DNA of 64,000 bases from an uncultured Acidobacteriota bacterium (GTDB taxonomy: Bacteria; Acidobacteriota; Blastocatellia; RBC074), in the NCBI GenBank assembly GCA_963813345.1, contig CAWEYR010000024.1, forward strand, positions 265,757 to 329,756, written 5' to 3'. Each line of letters opens with the position of its first letter. Positions within the stretch are counted from its first letter, which is position 1. A program made the translations under genes and the position numbers. This document shows positions 1-12,257 of the stretch, piece by piece. Below the pieces are notes generated by a model. The model did no database searches and was not told where the DNA came from. It worked only from the letters and a program-made list of their open reading frames with translations.

Positions 1-2653
1 CGGGCTGGATGGGAAACACGCTCTTTCCACCGATTCGCGGACTGAGCGTGCCTGCCGCCGCAAGAGCAACGTCGCGAATCATCTCCGCTTCCATCCTGAA
101 TCGTGGGCCGCGAGCGAGCAAGCGATTGTATTGATCCCTTTCGTAAGCTGCCGGAGTGACACTCGATGACTGCCGATACGTTGCCGAAGTAACGATGACT
201 CGCGCCAGAGACTTAATGCTCCACTTCTGAGCAACAAATTCAGATGCCAGCCAGTCGAGCAGATCGCTATGCGACGGAGGTGAAGACTGAGAACCAAAGT
301 CCTCGCTCGTCTCGACCAGGCCTCGTCCGAAGAACTGCTCCCAGATTCGATTTACTGCAACGCGAGCGGTAAGAGGGTTGTTTTCATCCACCAGCCAGTA
401 TGCAAGACCGAGCCGGTTTTGAGGCAAGTTGTTCTTCAGCGGATGAAGTGCCGCAGGAACGCCAGCAAAGACCTTTTCGCCTTTGTTGAGAAAGCCGCCT
501 CTCTCTCGAAGAAACGTCGACGGACGCTCGGATGATTCCTTCTCGCCCATCACCTGAGCGCTTACGATTCCAAGCACAGTCAACTGCCGGCGAAGTTCTG
601 CAATGCGGTCGCGCTCAGTCTTGAGCAACGGCGTTGTATTGCGGAATTGAGTGGTAAGATCACTCGCCTCCTTTGAGGTCCGGCCTTCAGGCAGTACATT
701 CAGGACGCGGCGCAGCCGGGCTGGAACCGAAACAACAAAGAGAGGGTTTGGTTCGGTGGTGACGGAAATGCGGAATCGTCCAATTCCCTGTCCGAGCGCG
801 CCGCCCGCAAACTTAAGCTTTACAGTTATCACCGAGCCACCGGGATAGCCAATCGGCTTGTCGAATACAAAGACAGCCTGCCGGTCGAGTCTGGCGCCCA
901 CGTCTCGAGTTGCGTTGATATACCAGCCTTTTGGATTGTCGACTGCAGCATTCGTGGGCTTCTGCTCGAGAAAACGCTTCGCCTCAAACGTGTATGCTGA
1001 GTCATCGACGCGCGCATCTTTGATGATGACTCTGGATTGCCTTGTCGCGCCATTCGCACGTTTTCGCGTAGGCCGCGCGATAGCAGGTTCGATTTCAACA
1101 TCGACACCGGTCAACAGGAAATTGCCATAAGGGTCGCGTCCCGGCCCGCCCTGGGGAAGACTCGGATCAGCAAGAGCCTCGACCCGCAAAGCTGTCAGTC
1201 GTGTCGCATCCGTGCGTGACGTAATCGCGTATGTCTCAATCTCCGGGTTGGCTCCCGATGCAAGAACACTTTGATCGCTCTCGCGAGTGAGCACAGTTCC
1301 ACCTTCGGACTTGAGTGCAGCCGGGTCGAGAGTGATCCACGACTTAGGCGCCGTGCGTAAGCGCGCCTCCCACAAACCCTGAGCAGCGTCCAGACGCGCA
1401 TTCTTCTGCTTTAGAGCATCAGTCAAATTTGAAATCTCGCGCTCGATCTCTGCCTTTCGCGCCTCCTGCTCCGGACTGGCCAGAAGGACTTCGGGCTCTT
1501 TCACGAAGCGGGAATTTTCGTCCATCTCGGTGCCCTGATAACCTATCCGATAATCCGATGTCTCAAAGAAGGCGTAGAATCGATAGTAATCCTTCTGCGA
1601 AAACGGATCGTACTTGTGGTTGTGACATTGAGCGCAAGCGAGGGTGGATCCGAGCCATACGGTGGCTGTCGTATTCACACGATCGACGATCGTTTCAAAG
1701 CGCGCTTCCTCAGGGTCTATACCCCCCTCCTGGTTAAGCATCGTGTTTCGATGAAAGCCCGTTGCGATGCGCTGGTTGACGGTGGCATTGGGAAGCATGT
1801 CACCCGCGATCTGCTCGATCGTGAATCGGTCAAACGGCATGTCTGCATTAAACGCATCGATCAGCCAGTCACGGTACTTCCACATCTCGCGCAGGTTGTC
1901 TTTCTCGTATCCATTCGAATCCGCATACCGCGCAAGGTCCAGCCAGTGCCGCGTCATTCGTTCACCATAGTGCTTCGACGCGAGCAGCCGATCGACTACA
2001 CGCTCATACGCCATCGGCGATTTGTCCGCCACGAACTGATCGACGTCTGCCGGGCCCGGAGGAAGGCCGATGAGATCCAGATAGACGCGGCGGAGCAGCT
2101 TTTCGCGTGATGCTTCCGGCGATGGCGCGAGACTTTCCTTTTCGAGACGGCTCAAGACAAAGGCATCGATTGGATTCTTCACCCATTCGGGCCGGGAAAC
2201 CGATGGAGCCGCCGGGCGAACAGGTTTCACATAAGCCCAATGCTTTCGGATCGCCGGCTCCTCAGAAGTGGCATCGTCCGGCCAATTTGCGCCTTGATCA
2301 ATCCAGGTACGAATGAGTGTGATCTGTGCATCGGAGAGGGGTTTGCCACCCATGGGCATGCGGGGCTGGCCATCGAGGCCGAGAATCCGTTGGACGAGCA
2401 AGCTGGCGCCGCTGTTTCCCGGTTTGATTGGAGCACCTGAAATTCCGCCTTGCAACGCAAGCTTCTTCGAATCCAGACGTAGTTGTCCAAGCGCCAGCTT
2501 TTGACCATGACACTGATAGCAATGGCTCGCAAAAATCGGCTCGATGTCACGCTTGAAGTCGACCGATTGACCACTGCTCGCGCTCACTCCTGCGCCGTAT
2601 ACGGCCAGAATGAACAACGAAGCTACGATGATTCCCTTTACTGTTTTCACCAT
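1..2653 (-). CDS. PSCyt1/PSCyt2(DUF1549)/PSD1(DUF1553)-domain protein (Planctomycete-cytochrome-c-like); C-terminus lies beyond the window edge
   Basis: Manual translation of the minus strand from an ATG at 2653 gives a signal peptide ([25 protein letters not shown]). It continues with a CxxCH heme motif (HCYQCHG), DUF1549-like regions ([13 protein letters not shown]), then DUF1553/PSD1-like regions ([14 protein letters not shown]) with no stop down to position 1. It is absent from the ORF track because it is not closed inside the window. Confidence 0.75.
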   Translation of the reverse strand, partial: MVKTVKGIIVASLFILAVYGAGVSASSGQSVDFKRDIEPIFASHCYQCHGQKLALGQLRLDSKKLALQGGISGAPIKPGNSGASLLVQRILGLDGQPRMPMGGKPLSDAQITLIRTWIDQGANWPDDATSEEPAIRKHWAYVKPVRPAAPSVSRPEWVKNPIDAFVLSRLEKESLAPSPEASREKLLRRVYLDLIGLPPGPADVDQFVADKSPMAYERVVDRLLASKHYGERMTRHWLDLARYADSNGYEKDNLREMWKYRDWLIDAFNADMPFDRFTIEQIAGDMLPNATVNQRIATGFHRNTMLNQEGGIDPEEARFETIVDRVNTTATVWLGSTLACAQCHNHKYDPFSQKDYYRFYAFFETSDYRIGYQGTEMDENSRFVKEPEVLLASPEQEARKAEIEREISNLTDALKQKNARLDAAQGLWEARLRTAPKSWITLDPAALKSEGGTVLTRESDQSVLASGANPEIETYAITSRTDATRLTALRVEALADPSLPQGGPGRDPYGNFLLTGVDVEIEPAIARPTRKRANGATRQSRVIIKDARVDDSAYTFEAKRFLEQKPTNAAVDNPKGWYINATRDVGARLDRQAVFVFDKPIGYPGGSVITVKLKFAGGALGQGIGRFRISVTTEPNPLFVVSVPARLRRVLNVLPEGRTSKEASDLTTQFRNTTPLLKTERDRIAELRRQLTVLGIVSAQVMGEKESSERPSTFLRERGGFLNKGEKVFAGVPAALHPLKNNLPQNRLGLAYWLVDENNPLTARVAVNRIWEQFFGRGLVETSEDFGSQSSPPSHSDLLDWLASEFVAQKWSIKSLARVIVTSATYRQSSSVTPAAYERDQYNRLLARGPRFRMEAEMIRDVALAAAGTLSPRIGGKSVFPIQP

Positions 2654-2778
2654 ACCAATCAATCCTGCCCCGCTGCCGCTGCGCGGCAGCGGCAAGCTAA
2701 AGCTTGAACTCAAACCCAATGAGCTCGAGTTCAAGCTTTAGCTTGCCGCCGTTGCCGAAGGCAACGGCGGTGCCAGGC

Positions 2779-4046
2779 CTACATGCCCACAAAATCGGCA
2801 AAGTTCTGCGAAAGGAGCTTTTTTGCATCCCTCTCGATGTGCGCTCGCGTGACCGGGAAGCCGTCCGCCATCAGCCTCTCATAACTCTCAGCGAGCGATG
2901 AAGCAATTATCTCTCTCGAATGCTGCCACTTGTAAATCAATTGCTCGAGAATGCGCGCATCGGAATGTTGCGGAATGAAAGTAGCTCCGAGCGTCTCGAG
3001 TCTTTCGCGCGTCACCTCTTCAATAATCGAAGGATTGTTCAGGAACCACCAGCAACCGAAAGGCATCAGGTTGCTGAACTTCCTCGCACTCACACAAAGC
3101 TCGTGCTGGTTCTCGCGCGAAAGCATGGTCACGAGAAACCGGTTGTCCGGATTCTCTGAGCATAGCCTGTTGACTGCATCGACATCTGCCCTTCCCACTC
3201 CATCGCCAGCAAGCCGAAGACGCGCGTTCACCTGGCGCCGGACGCCGATCATCAACGCGAATGGCAACCGGTGATCCCGGGCAAGAGGCAGCACAAAATC
3301 GGAAATCAGACGTGTTCTCACGCTGTCGTCGGGGTAAGAAAACGTGTCAGGCAGCGAGACAGCAAGGTAAAGCGGCCTCAGTCTCTCGATGCGCATGTCG
3401 AGCAATCGCCTCAATTCCTTGATGGTGGATCCTGAAAGGTCCTTTGAGATGTCAAACCCTTTTCCGCGCACGACCTCCCAGTTGGAGGTCCAATCGTTCA
3501 GAATGCCGTCCATTCTTATTGCGGCCATGAACCGCGAATCGATTCGTTCGAGCGAATCCCAGGTCTGCATTTCGACATCGTCAAGCAGATCGTTGGTCAT
3601 CACGATTCGGTCGACATTCGCCAGCTTGAGTACCACGTCAAGATGGGCCTCGAGACGTTGAGCGGCAAAGAACTCTCGAGCTTCATTCAGATTCGGACTT
3701 GAGGGATCGAGTCCAAGCGCAGTGAAAACCGCGACGACACCTCGAGTCGCTTCCGACAATGGAGTATTCCGAACGAAGAGAACTTCCCAGATCAGGTCGG
3801 CCTGTGCCTGCTTGTCGAGTTTGAAGAAACTATCCGGGTCGAGCGGCGAGCTCCTGAACAGCTCGGCTATCAGATAATGATAAGTGACGAGTTCATCGAC
3901 GCCCCAGAGCCCGTGCGCTCCAAACTGCGGAGCGAAGAGGTGGGTGTGCATGTCAATCACCGGCGTGTCGGCGATGATCGAATTTACCGTCCGGCGAATA
4001 TCTGCCGATGCCAGCTTTTCCACGCTTTCGACGTGCGAGTGAATCA
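2779..4046 (-). CDS. glucuronate isomerase family protein (UxaC-like amidohydrolase-fold enzyme)
   Basis: The 524-aa ORF was trimmed to an internal Met (MIHSHVE...). The upstream 100 aa are low-complexity read-through. Motifs match E. coli UxaC: IDMHTHL (compare FDYHCHL) and GCWWFLNN...HSDARIL (compare GSGWWFND...TDSRSFL). Confidence 0.65.
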
Positions 4047-4123
4047 TTGCGCTCAGACGCTTTCTTGACAATCCAAGAATGCAGGTGTTAGAGATACCGC
4101 ACCTGAAACTGTCGTTCGCTAGA

Positions 4124-5306
4124 ATGAAGCAAAACCTACAACTTTTTATACCGCAGAATGAGAGCCGGGCGAAAGTGGGACGCGGCCTTCCCCGCCGGGA
4201 GTTCCTTCGCGCCGGTACGGCTACCGCTGCCGGAATCGCACTCCCTGCATTGCTGCCAGCGGCAGGGATTGGACAAAGAGCGCTTTCGCAGGGAAAGAGC
4301 TGCATTCTGTTGCTTCTTGTCGGTGGTCCGAGCCACATCGATACCTTCGACATGAAGCCTCATGCTCCATCCGAGATACGCGGCCCTTTTCGCCCCATAA
4401 GGACAAATGTCGCCGGCATTGAGATCAGCGAGATATTTCCGCGGACCGCGCGCCATGCCGACAAGTTTGCGATCCTGCGAAGTCTTCATCACGAAGAGAG
4501 TGCCCGGCACGATGTCGGACTTAGACTCCTCGAGACGGGCTATAGTTCGGAGATGGCTCCAGGAGTTCCGCATATAGGTGACGTGGCGGCAGGTTTGACC
4601 GCGCCTTCGAGCGACCTTCCGCATGCACGTGACAATGCCAGGGCGAGGTCGCCGGCTTGGCGAAGGAGCAGTTGATCATCAGGCACCGGGACTGATCCGA
4701 TCAGCACGTCCAGTGCCCCTGAGTCCTTTGAAGAATCCTTTGAAGGATGTCGAGCTCGAGCGCTATGGTCGCAATTCCTTCGGCCGCAACTGCCTCAGTG
4801 CGCGCCAACTCGTCGAACGAGGCGTCCGGTTCGTTTCGATCGATATGTTCGATACGGTTATCAACGAACCAGGTTGGGATATACATGGTTCGGCACCCTA
4901 TAGCTCGATTGGTGCATATCGAGACGTCGCCGGGCCCGTATTTGATATGGCCTACAGCTCGCTCGTTGGGGATCTTGCTGACCGGGGACTGCTCGAGAGC
5001 ACAATCGTCGTTGCAATAGGGGAATTTGGCAGAAGTCCGCGGCTAAACCCCGCAGGCGGACGCGACCATTGGCCGCACTGCTGGAGCGCCCTGCTTGCGG
5101 GAGGTGGTATTCGGGGCGGCCAGGTTATCGGTCGATCGGACTCGAGCGGCGCATTTGTAGAAGAGCGGCCTACGAGGCCCGCTGAAGTAGTTGCAACGAT
5201 CTATCATGCACTTGGAATCGACCATCGAACCGAGCTCGTGGCGGAGGATGGCTCCCGCGTGCCTCTCGTTCCGAAAGGCGTGCGCCCAATCTCAGAACTC
5301 TTCTAA
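4124..5306 (+). CDS. DUF1501-domain protein (sulfatase-like, Tat signal), interrupted by one frameshift near 4600-4680
   Basis: The N-terminal ORF 4079..4675 carries the Tat motif RREFLRAGTATAAG and LLLVGGPSHIDTFDMKP. The C-terminal ORF 4623..5306 is in a different frame and carries RYGRNSFGRNCLSARQLVERGVRFVSI...GEFGRSP...DHWP. The two halves together equal one DUF1501 protein, and an RBS precedes the ATG at 4124. Confidence 0.7.
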
Positions 5307-5327
5307 CAACCAAAGAGAGGTAAGACT

Positions 5328-6194
5328 ATGGCTCAGGAAATCACTCGTCGCGATCTTATCAAATCATCAGCTCTCGCAGTCTCAGCGATGCCTCTGCTTC
5401 GCTTTGGCGCAATGGGAAACTCCATGCAGGCAGCTCCCGGGGAGCAAGGCTGGCGGGGTCTCAAGGCTGGGGTCGCGTCATACACGCTGCGCAAGCTTCC
5501 ACTTGATCAGGCGATCAAGGCGATCCAGAAGGTTGGTTTGAAATACGTTTCGATCAAGGATTTCCATCTTCCGCTCAAAAGCACGAGCGAAGAGCGGCGC
5601 GCTGTGGCGGAGAAGTTTAAGGCCGCCGGCATTACTCCGATGAGCTGTGGAAACATCTCGATGCAGAACGATGAAGCAAACGTTCGTCAGATGTTCGAAT
5701 ACGCGCGCGATACCGGGCTCAAAGTCATCGTTTGCAGTCCTGACCCTCAGTCGATGCCGATTCTTGACAAGATGGTCAAAGAGTTCGACATCAAGCTTGC
5801 CATTCACAATCACGGGCCCGAAGACAAGCGCTTCCCGTCTCCCTACGACGTCTGGAAAGCCGTCGAGAAGTATGACGCGCGAATCGGGCTATGCATCGAC
5901 GTCGGTCACACAGCGCGCGCGAAAGTGAATCCGGCGGAAGCGATTATCAAGTGCCAGTCGCGTCTTTACGACATGCACATCAAGGACATTGCAAGCACCG
6001 AGCCGAACGGTTCCACTATCGAAGCCGGCAGAGGCGTGCTCGACTTGAAGAGCATTGTGCAGGCGACTCTCAAGATCAAGTACTCCTATCTGTTCAGCTT
6101 CGAGTATGAAAAGGATGCCGATGATCCCATCCCTGGCCTTGCAGAGTCCATCGGATATATACGTGGCCTGCTTGCCTCGATGAACGGCGCCTGA
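5328..6194 (+). CDS. sugar phosphate isomerase/epimerase (xylose-isomerase-like TIM barrel) with Tat signal peptide
   Basis: 288 aa. Twin-arginine signal [20 protein letters not shown]. Motifs IVCSPDP, LAIHNHG and CIDVGH are typical of the AP-endonuclease-2/xylose-isomerase-like fold. An RBS (agagagg) lies upstream. Confidence 0.7.
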   Translation: MAQEITRRDLIKSSALAVSAMPLLRFGAMGNSMQAAPGEQGWRGLKAGVASYTLRKLPLDQAIKAIQKVGLKYVSIKDFHLPLKSTSEERRAVAEKFKAAGITPMSCGNISMQNDEANVRQMFEYARDTGLKVIVCSPDPQSMPILDKMVKEFDIKLAIHNHGPEDKRFPSPYDVWKAVEKYDARIGLCIDVGHTARAKVNPAEAIIKCQSRLYDMHIKDIASTEPNGSTIEAGRGVLDLKSIVQATLKIKYSYLFSFEYEKDADDPIPGLAESIGYIRGLLASMNGA

Positions 6195-6202
6195 GGATAT
6201 AG

Positions 6203-6952
6203 ATGTACAAACTTGTATTACTACGACACGGCCAAAGCACGTGGAACAAGGAGAACCGCTTCACCGGATGGACCGACGTCGATCTTTCTGATCAGGGGCG
6301 TATCGAAGCCACAAAGGCCGGCGAGGTTTTGAAACGCGAGGGCCTGACCTTCGATTGTGCGTTTACGTCAGTGTTGAAGCGCGCAATCCGAACGCTCTGG
6401 ATTGTGATGGACGAGATGGACCTGATGTGGATTCCGGTCGAGAACTCGTGGCGGTTGAATGAACGGCACTATGGCGCGCTGCAGGGACTTAACAAGGCGG
6501 AAACGGCGGCAAAATTCGGAGATGATCAGGTGAAAATATGGCGCCGCAGCTATGACATCCCGCCTCCTGTGCTTGAGCCCTCTGATGAGCGCTTTCCTGG
6601 AAACGATCCGCGGTACAGCACGCTCGCCCCTGACGAACTTCCCCTGACTGAATGTCTGAAGGATACCGTTGAACGAATGCTTCCCTATTGGCACGATTCG
6701 ATTGCGCCGGTTGTCATGCAGGGAAAGCGCGTGATAGTTGCAGCTCACGGCAACAGCTTGCGGGCGCTGGTGAAGTATCTTGACAACGTTTCAGAGCAGG
6801 ACATTGTCGGTCTGAACATTCCGACCGGCATCCCACTGGTCTACGAGCTTGATGACGAGTTGCGCCCGCTCAAGCATTACTATCTCGGCGATCCCGACGC
6901 CATCGCACGCGCAGAGCAGGCCGTCGCGAATCAGGGCAAAGCAAAGAAATGA
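6203..6952 (+). CDS. gpmA: 2,3-bisphosphoglycerate-dependent phosphoglycerate mutase
   Basis: 249 aa. [26 protein letters not shown] and [15 protein letters not shown] are canonical dPGM signatures. Confidence 0.93.
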   Translation: MYKLVLLRHGQSTWNKENRFTGWTDVDLSDQGRIEATKAGEVLKREGLTFDCAFTSVLKRAIRTLWIVMDEMDLMWIPVENSWRLNERHYGALQGLNKAETAAKFGDDQVKIWRRSYDIPPPVLEPSDERFPGNDPRYSTLAPDELPLTECLKDTVERMLPYWHDSIAPVVMQGKRVIVAAHGNSLRALVKYLDNVSEQDIVGLNIPTGIPLVYELDDELRPLKHYYLGDPDAIARAEQAVANQGKAKK

Positions 6953-6960
6953 GTAATTTG

Positions 6961-7049
6961 GAGTGCGGCGGCTTGGCGCCGCTTTAGTCTCCCGCCGAGT
7001 AATCCGATCGGAACACTAAAGCGGCGCCAAGCCGCCGCACTCCAAATAT
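6961..7049. repeat. REP-like hairpin, family GGAGTGCGGCG-CTTGGCGCCGCTTTAGTCTCCCG (copy 1); probable bidirectional terminator between gpmA and purH
   Basis: Perfect ~29-bp inverted-repeat arms (ttggagtgcggcggcttggcgccgctttagt ... actaaagcggcgccaagccgccgcactccaa). The same element recurs at 35192..35283. Confidence 0.85.
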
Positions 7050-7050
7050 A

Positions 7051-8635
7051 CTAATGCCTGAAATGCCGCATTCCTGTGAAGAGCATCGCAATGCCATGCT
7101 CGTCTGCTGCCTCAATCACTTCGCTATCTCTGACTGATCCGCCTGGTTGGATAACGGCTTTGACGCCGTGCTTAGCGGCCTCGTCGATGCCGTCGCGGAA
7201 AGGAAAGAAGGCGTCCGAGGCGAGCACACAGCCCTCAAGTGATGTCTCAGCTGACTGAGCCTTACTAGCTCCCAGCTTTACCGAATCAACTCGCGACATC
7301 TGACCCGCGCCCACACCCAGAAGCTGCCCTTCCTTCGCATACACTATTGCGTTCGATTTGACGTGCTTGCAGATCGACCCATGCAAACTCGAGCGCGCGC
7401 ATCTCGTGGTCGCTCGGTTTCCTCTTTGAGACCACGTTAACTTTGTCGCGATCGAATAGCCCACAGTCGTGATCCTGAAGCAGTATGCCTCCGCTGATCC
7501 TCTTGACGTCAAATCTCGCCCCGTGCGCAGCTCCTGTCATTCTCAAGAGGCGTAACGCTTTCTTCGAAGCAAAAACGTCGAGCGCCTCGGCTGAAAACTC
7601 CGGAGCAATGACTACCTCAGCAAACATTTCTGCAACAACGAGAGCCGCTTCGCGATCAACAGCCTGAGTAAATCCGATTATCCCGCCGAAAGCTGATATC
7701 GGGTCTGTTGCCTTCGCTTTGAGAAATGCATCAAGCGCGCTTTTACCAACTCCGACACCGCAAGGATTGGTATGCTTGATGATGGCGCACGTTACACCAC
7801 CTTCAACCACCATCTTGAGATCGCAAACAAGATCCCAGGCTGCATCGCTATCGAGCAGGTTGTTGTACGAGAGCTCTTTGCCCTGAAGCTTCTCGGCATT
7901 TGCAACTCCCGTGTCGGCCGAATTGGCAAGCCGATAGAGCGCCGCGCGCTGGTGAGGGTTCTCGCCGTAGCGTAAAGCCTGAACTTTTTTCAGGCTCGGC
8001 TCGAGAACCTCTGGAAGCTCGTCGGTGGTGGTCTGCGACGTTAGATAGTTCGCTATTGCTCGATCATAGCCGGCGGTGTAACGAAACGCTTTGCGCGCGA
8101 GATCGAAACGCGACGCGAGTGATAGCGCACCATCGAGCTCGTCGAGCTCGATCGCAACTCGCTCGTAGTCAGCCGGGTCTACAACAACACCCACATCAGC
8201 GTGGTTCTTCGCTGCAGACCGGATCATTGCCGGACCGCCGATATCGATATTCTCGATCGCTTCGCTACGCTCGACATGAGGCTTCGCCACGGTTTGCTCA
8301 AACGGGTAGAGATTGACAACAACAAGATCAATAGGCTGGATGCCATGCTCACTCATCTGCCTGCCGTGTTGTTCATTCTCGCGAACTCCAAGAATTCCGC
8401 CGTGAACTTTCGGATGCAGAGTCTTTAACCGCCCATCAAGCAGCTCAGGAAACCCTGTCACTTCTGAAACATCGGTCACAGCGATTCCGCTTTCGCGAAG
8501 AAGCCGTGAAGTGCCGCCGGTTGAGAGAATTTCGATGCTGTGTCGCGCGAAGGTGCGCGCTAGTTCAACCAGCCCCGTTTTGTCCGACACGCTCACGAGC
8601 GCGCGCCGGATCTTTCTCAGTGAAGGATCGTGCAC
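7051..8635 (-). CDS. purH: bifunctional AICAR formyltransferase / IMP cyclohydrolase, with one frameshift near 7400
   Basis: ORF 7286..8635 carries the MGS-like and AICARFT domains ([13 protein letters not shown]...HGGILG...). ORF 7051..7512 carries the conserved C-terminus ([29 protein letters not shown]...FTGMRHFRH) in another frame. Total length of ~528 aa fits PurH. Confidence 0.85.
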
Positions 8636-8793
8636 GATTAATCTCCTCGATGATGATTACCGAAGTCCAATTATGGCCGTAGCGATTCAGTTTACGGCAA
8701 TGAGATGAAAGGTCAATCCCCGAAAGCTCCAAACGTTGCGTGGCTGGACCCGAGTAGATATTGAGGTTAAATTCGCTGCCAAGGAGAGATGCC

Positions 8794-10002
8794 ATGCAAC
8801 TAGTTGTCACTGTTTGTATGCTGATCGTCCCGTTTGCCGCCACCTTTTTCCAGGAAAAGCTCCCCCGCTTCAAAGAGCAGACTATCGACCCTGCCGCGGG
8901 AGTGGGTTATGCCGTGACTGTGGCTGACATAAATCACGATGGCAGAACTGATATCGTCGTCGTGACGGAGAATCCGGACCAGGTTCTCTGGTACGAGAAC
9001 CCCACTTGGAAACGGCGAGTCATTCTCGAAGGCGTCCCTAAGCTGCCGGTCTGCATACAGCCGCTGGACGTTGATGATGATGGCAAAGTTGAATTGATAT
9101 TGGGTGCTGATTGGCAGCCTGGAAATACAAAGACGGGCGGCACCGTCTGGCTCCTCCGACGGCCGACTGACCTCAACCAACAATGGACGCCGATCAAGAT
9201 CGACGAAGAGCCCACGATGCACCGAATGCGCGTCATGGATGTCGACGGCAAGGGCTCGAAGGAGCTTGTCTGTTCGCCACTTCAAGGACGTGAAACTAAA
9301 GGGCCGGAATGGTGGAATGGCAGTGGCGTCTCGCTCTTTCTTCTTCGCCGTCCTGCAAAGCCGTTCACGGAGCCCTGGAAGCGCGAAGTCATCAACAATG
9401 AACTCCATATCAACCACAACGTGTGGCCTCTCGATTGGGATGGTGATCGCAAAGAGGAGATTCTCGCAGCCGCCTAGGAAGGAATCTTTATCATCAGGAA
9501 AGCAGCGGATGGAAAGTGGGCTAAACAAAAGATCGGTGAAGGGCACCCGGAAAAACGCGGAGCAGGTGAGATAAAAGCCGGGCGTCTGCCAGGCGGTAAA
9601 CGTTACCTGGCGACGATCGAGCCGTGGCATGGTCAGGAGGCGGTCGTCTACACTTCGCCTGCTCAGGCCAATCAACTCTGGAGACGACGTACACTTGTTG
9701 AGGGCCACAAAGGTGGCCATGCTATCTGGACAGCCGATCTGACAGGCACCGGCGCAGACTCACTGGTGGTTGGCTTTCGCGGACCGCCTGAAGGCACTCT
9801 CGAGGATGGCGTTGTTTATCTCTTTCATCCGCTCGATAGCAGCGGGGAGAACTGGGAGAAACAAGTCCTCGATGCGAAAGGATTGGGCAGCGAAGATGTG
9901 ATCTGCGCCGACCTTGACGGAGACCGAAAAGTCGACATCGTCGGTGTTGGCCGCAGTACAAAGAACGTCAAGATTTATTGGAATCAAGGAAGAGCGAAGT
10001 GA
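8794..10002 (+). CDS. FG-GAP/VCBS-repeat beta-propeller protein with signal peptide; one in-frame TAG at 9475-9477
   Basis: ORFs 8761..9477 and 9766..10002 are in the same frame. The intervening 288 nt translate without a stop. D-x-D-G-D repeats run throughout (DINHDGRTDIVV, DVDDDGKVELIL, DWDGDRKEEIL, DLDGDRKVDIVGVG). An RBS (aaggagag) precedes the ATG at 8794. Confidence 0.65.
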
Positions 10003-10009
10003 TGCAGAG

Positions 10010-10097
10010 GGTACGTTGTACCGGCGTTTAGCCGGAATCGTCACATTGGAGTAACTCGAATGTGACGATTCCGGCTAAACGCCGGTACAACGTACCC
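10010..10097. repeat. REP-like hairpin, family GTACGTTGTACCGGC..TTTAGCCGGAATC (38-bp perfect arms); bidirectional terminator
   Basis: ggtacgttgtaccggcgtttagccggaatcgtcacattg / caatgtgacgattccggctaaacgccggtacaacgtacc. Two mirror-image spurious ORFs ([13 protein letters not shown]...) start inside it on opposite strands. Confidence 0.85.
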
Positions 10098-11249
10098 TCA
10101 TCGCACCTGTCGTCTGAAACGCATTGCGCTTACAAGAGTCAGAAACACTCCCATACCAAGCAAGACAAGAGCATCGCCCCATATATCCACCAGACCGGCG
10201 CCGCGGAGGATGATTCCGCGCGTGATTTCGATAAGGTAAGTAGCCGGAATTACCTTGCTCATCCACTGAAAGAAGGTCGGCATCGAGTCAATCGGGAAAA
10301 TGTAGCCTGACAGGAATATCGATGGCAGCAGCGTTCCAAATGTGAGTTGAATCGCTTCCTGTTGCGAGCTGGCTCTTGTCGATATCAACAATCCAAGTCC
10401 GAGCATCGTGAGAATAAATGGAAGTGTAATCAAGAGAAGCAGAGCGAGGCTTCCTTTTATCGGAACCTGAAAAAGCCAGCGCATGATTCCGATCACCACG
10501 AGCAGCTCCGCGAACGCGACAACTGCATACGGCACCATCTTGCCAACCATCAAGCCTAGCGGTCGAACGGGCGTCATTAACAATTGTTCGATCGTTCCCC
10601 GCTCCCGCTCTCTGACAATCGCAAATGCGGTCAGCAAGACTGTCATCATTTGCAGAAGCACGACGATTAATCCGGGAATAAAAAAATTCGCCGAACGTGA
10701 ATCCGGGTTGAACAGAATCTTTCTGCGTACTTCGACAGGTAAAGCAATTCGTCCATCTTCTGACAAAAGCAGCCGGTCGAAAGATTCCTGGTACGCAATG
10801 GCATTCGCGACATTCGACATCTCGCCAGCCACGGTCGAATCGGAACCATCAATGAGGATCAGTACCTGAGCCGTATTGCCTGCTAACAGATTTCTTGAGT
10901 AATCGGGAGGAATTTTGATACCAACACGAGCTCTGCCTGCAATAATCGCCCGGTTGAGCTCTTCGTCCGAACTGACGTTTTCAACGATTCGAAAATCATC
11001 GGAGTTGATGAACCGATCGAGCAGGCGCCGGCTGTCCTGAGACGGAGCGGCATCATAAACGACGGTCTTGACGTTGCGAACGTTGGTGTTTATCGCGTAA
11101 CCGAGAAGCAGCAATTGCACCACTGGAACGAGTACGGTGAAGAAGAGCGCCATCGGATCGCGTCGAATATGGATTGCTTCTTTGCGAAGCACTGGCAAGA
11201 AGCCGCCAAACGGGCCCGACGGTGGTCGCAGATCTTTTCGATCGTTCAT
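10098..11249 (-). CDS. ABC-2 family transporter permease
   Basis: 383 aa with a typical ABC-2 permease layout: N-terminal cytoplasmic segment, large periplasmic loop, then 5-6 TM helices ([34 protein letters not shown]). Confidence 0.8.
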   Translation of the reverse strand: MNDRKDLRPPSGPFGGFLPVLRKEAIHIRRDPMALFFTVLVPVVQLLLLGYAINTNVRNVKTVVYDAAPSQDSRRLLDRFINSDDFRIVENVSSDEELNRAIIAGRARVGIKIPPDYSRNLLAGNTAQVLILIDGSDSTVAGEMSNVANAIAYQESFDRLLLSEDGRIALPVEVRRKILFNPDSRSANFFIPGLIVVLLQMMTVLLTAFAIVRERERGTIEQLLMTPVRPLGLMVGKMVPYAVVAFAELLVVIGIMRWLFQVPIKGSLALLLLITLPFILTMLGLGLLISTRASSQQEAIQLTFGTLLPSIFLSGYIFPIDSMPTFFQWMSKVIPATYLIEITRGIILRGAGLVDIWGDALVLLGMGVFLTLVSAMRFRRQVR

Positions 11250-12209
11250 CTGTTTCCGGAAGCCAGTTCGTGCTCGGTGTTAGCGGCCGTCAATGCGACA
11301 AACACATCCTCAAGTGACGGGGAAATCGGCCGGATCTCAACCTCTGAAAAACCATCCGAAGCAAGGTCGACTCTCAACTGCTCATCGGTAGCTGAATCAT
11401 CCATAAGGACGCGAATGTTGTCACCAAAGATTGTTGCGCTGCGCACGTATGGCCGGTTGTTGAGTCTCGAGAGCGCTGCCGCTGTGTTCCGCGTCGATAC
11501 TTCCACGCGTCTCGTTCCCTCGAGGAGAAACGTCAGGAATATCCTTCAGCTCATCAGGAGTGCCATAAGCGATCAAGATGCGAAAGATAGATATAGCCGA
11601 TCCGGCCGCAGCGTTCAGCTTCGTCCATATAGTGAGTCGTAACAAAGAACGTTATGCCAAGACTCGAGAGGTGGAAAAGGAGGTCCCAAAGGTCTCTTCG
11701 GGCAACCGGATCGATTCCCGCAGTCGGCTCATCCAGAAACATGACTCGCGGTTCGTGAACAAAAGCGCAGGCAAGCGCGAGGCGTTGTTTCCAGCCGCCG
11801 GATAACTTTCCGGCGCGACGGTCAAGATATGGTGCCAACTGTGTGAGCTCGATGATTTCTGCGCGCCGCCGCTTCGAGGTAGTCGCCGTGAAGCCCGTAC
11901 ACGCCCGCGTAGAAGTTAATATTTTCTTCGACCGTAAGGTCAGAATAGAGGCTGAAGTTCTGGGACATGTAGCCGACACGTTCACGGATGCTCGATGACT
12001 GTGTGACGCAGTCAAAACCGAGAACCGTGCCCGTGCCCGAGGTGGGTTTGAGCAACCCGCAAAGAGCCTTGATAACAGTTGTTTTCCCTGAGCCGTTTGG
12101 GCCGAGAAAGCCAAAGATCTCACCTTCTTCGACTTTAAGCGAGACCTGATCAACTGCGGTGAAAGCTGCCAAAGCGGATCGTCAAGTGATCAGTCGAAAT
12201 GGCTGGCAT
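11246..12209 (-). pseudogene. ABC transporter ATP-binding protein, broken by at least 4 frameshifts
   Basis: Walker A (GPNGSGKTT), signature ([12 protein letters not shown]), Walker B ([11 protein letters not shown]), H-loop (TTHYMDEAE) and the C-terminal regulatory segment (SATIFGDNIRVLMDD) are all present. They are spread over four overlapping ORFs in different frames (12209-12170, 11822..12172, 11554..12153, 11421..11645, 11246..11506). Confidence 0.8.
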
Positions 12210-12257
12210 TGTGACGGTCAACTCATCCGGCCTCGCTACCCTTCGCGCGGAGCCTGG

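Noticed and set aside
4047-4353. N-terminal 100-aa extension of the 2779..4353 ORF
   Set aside because: The extension is low-complexity (PPTRSNRMQLFPCESALCPIPAAGSNAGSA...) and overlaps the divergent DUF1501 promoter and start. Homology to UxaC begins only after the internal Met at 4046.
9760-10310. Two ORFs (9760..10044 minus, 10062..10310 plus) with identical N-termini [13 protein letters not shown]
   Set aside because: Both start inside the two arms of the 38-bp perfect hairpin at 10010..10097 and are mirror images of each other. The identity is produced by the palindrome, not by a duplicated gene.
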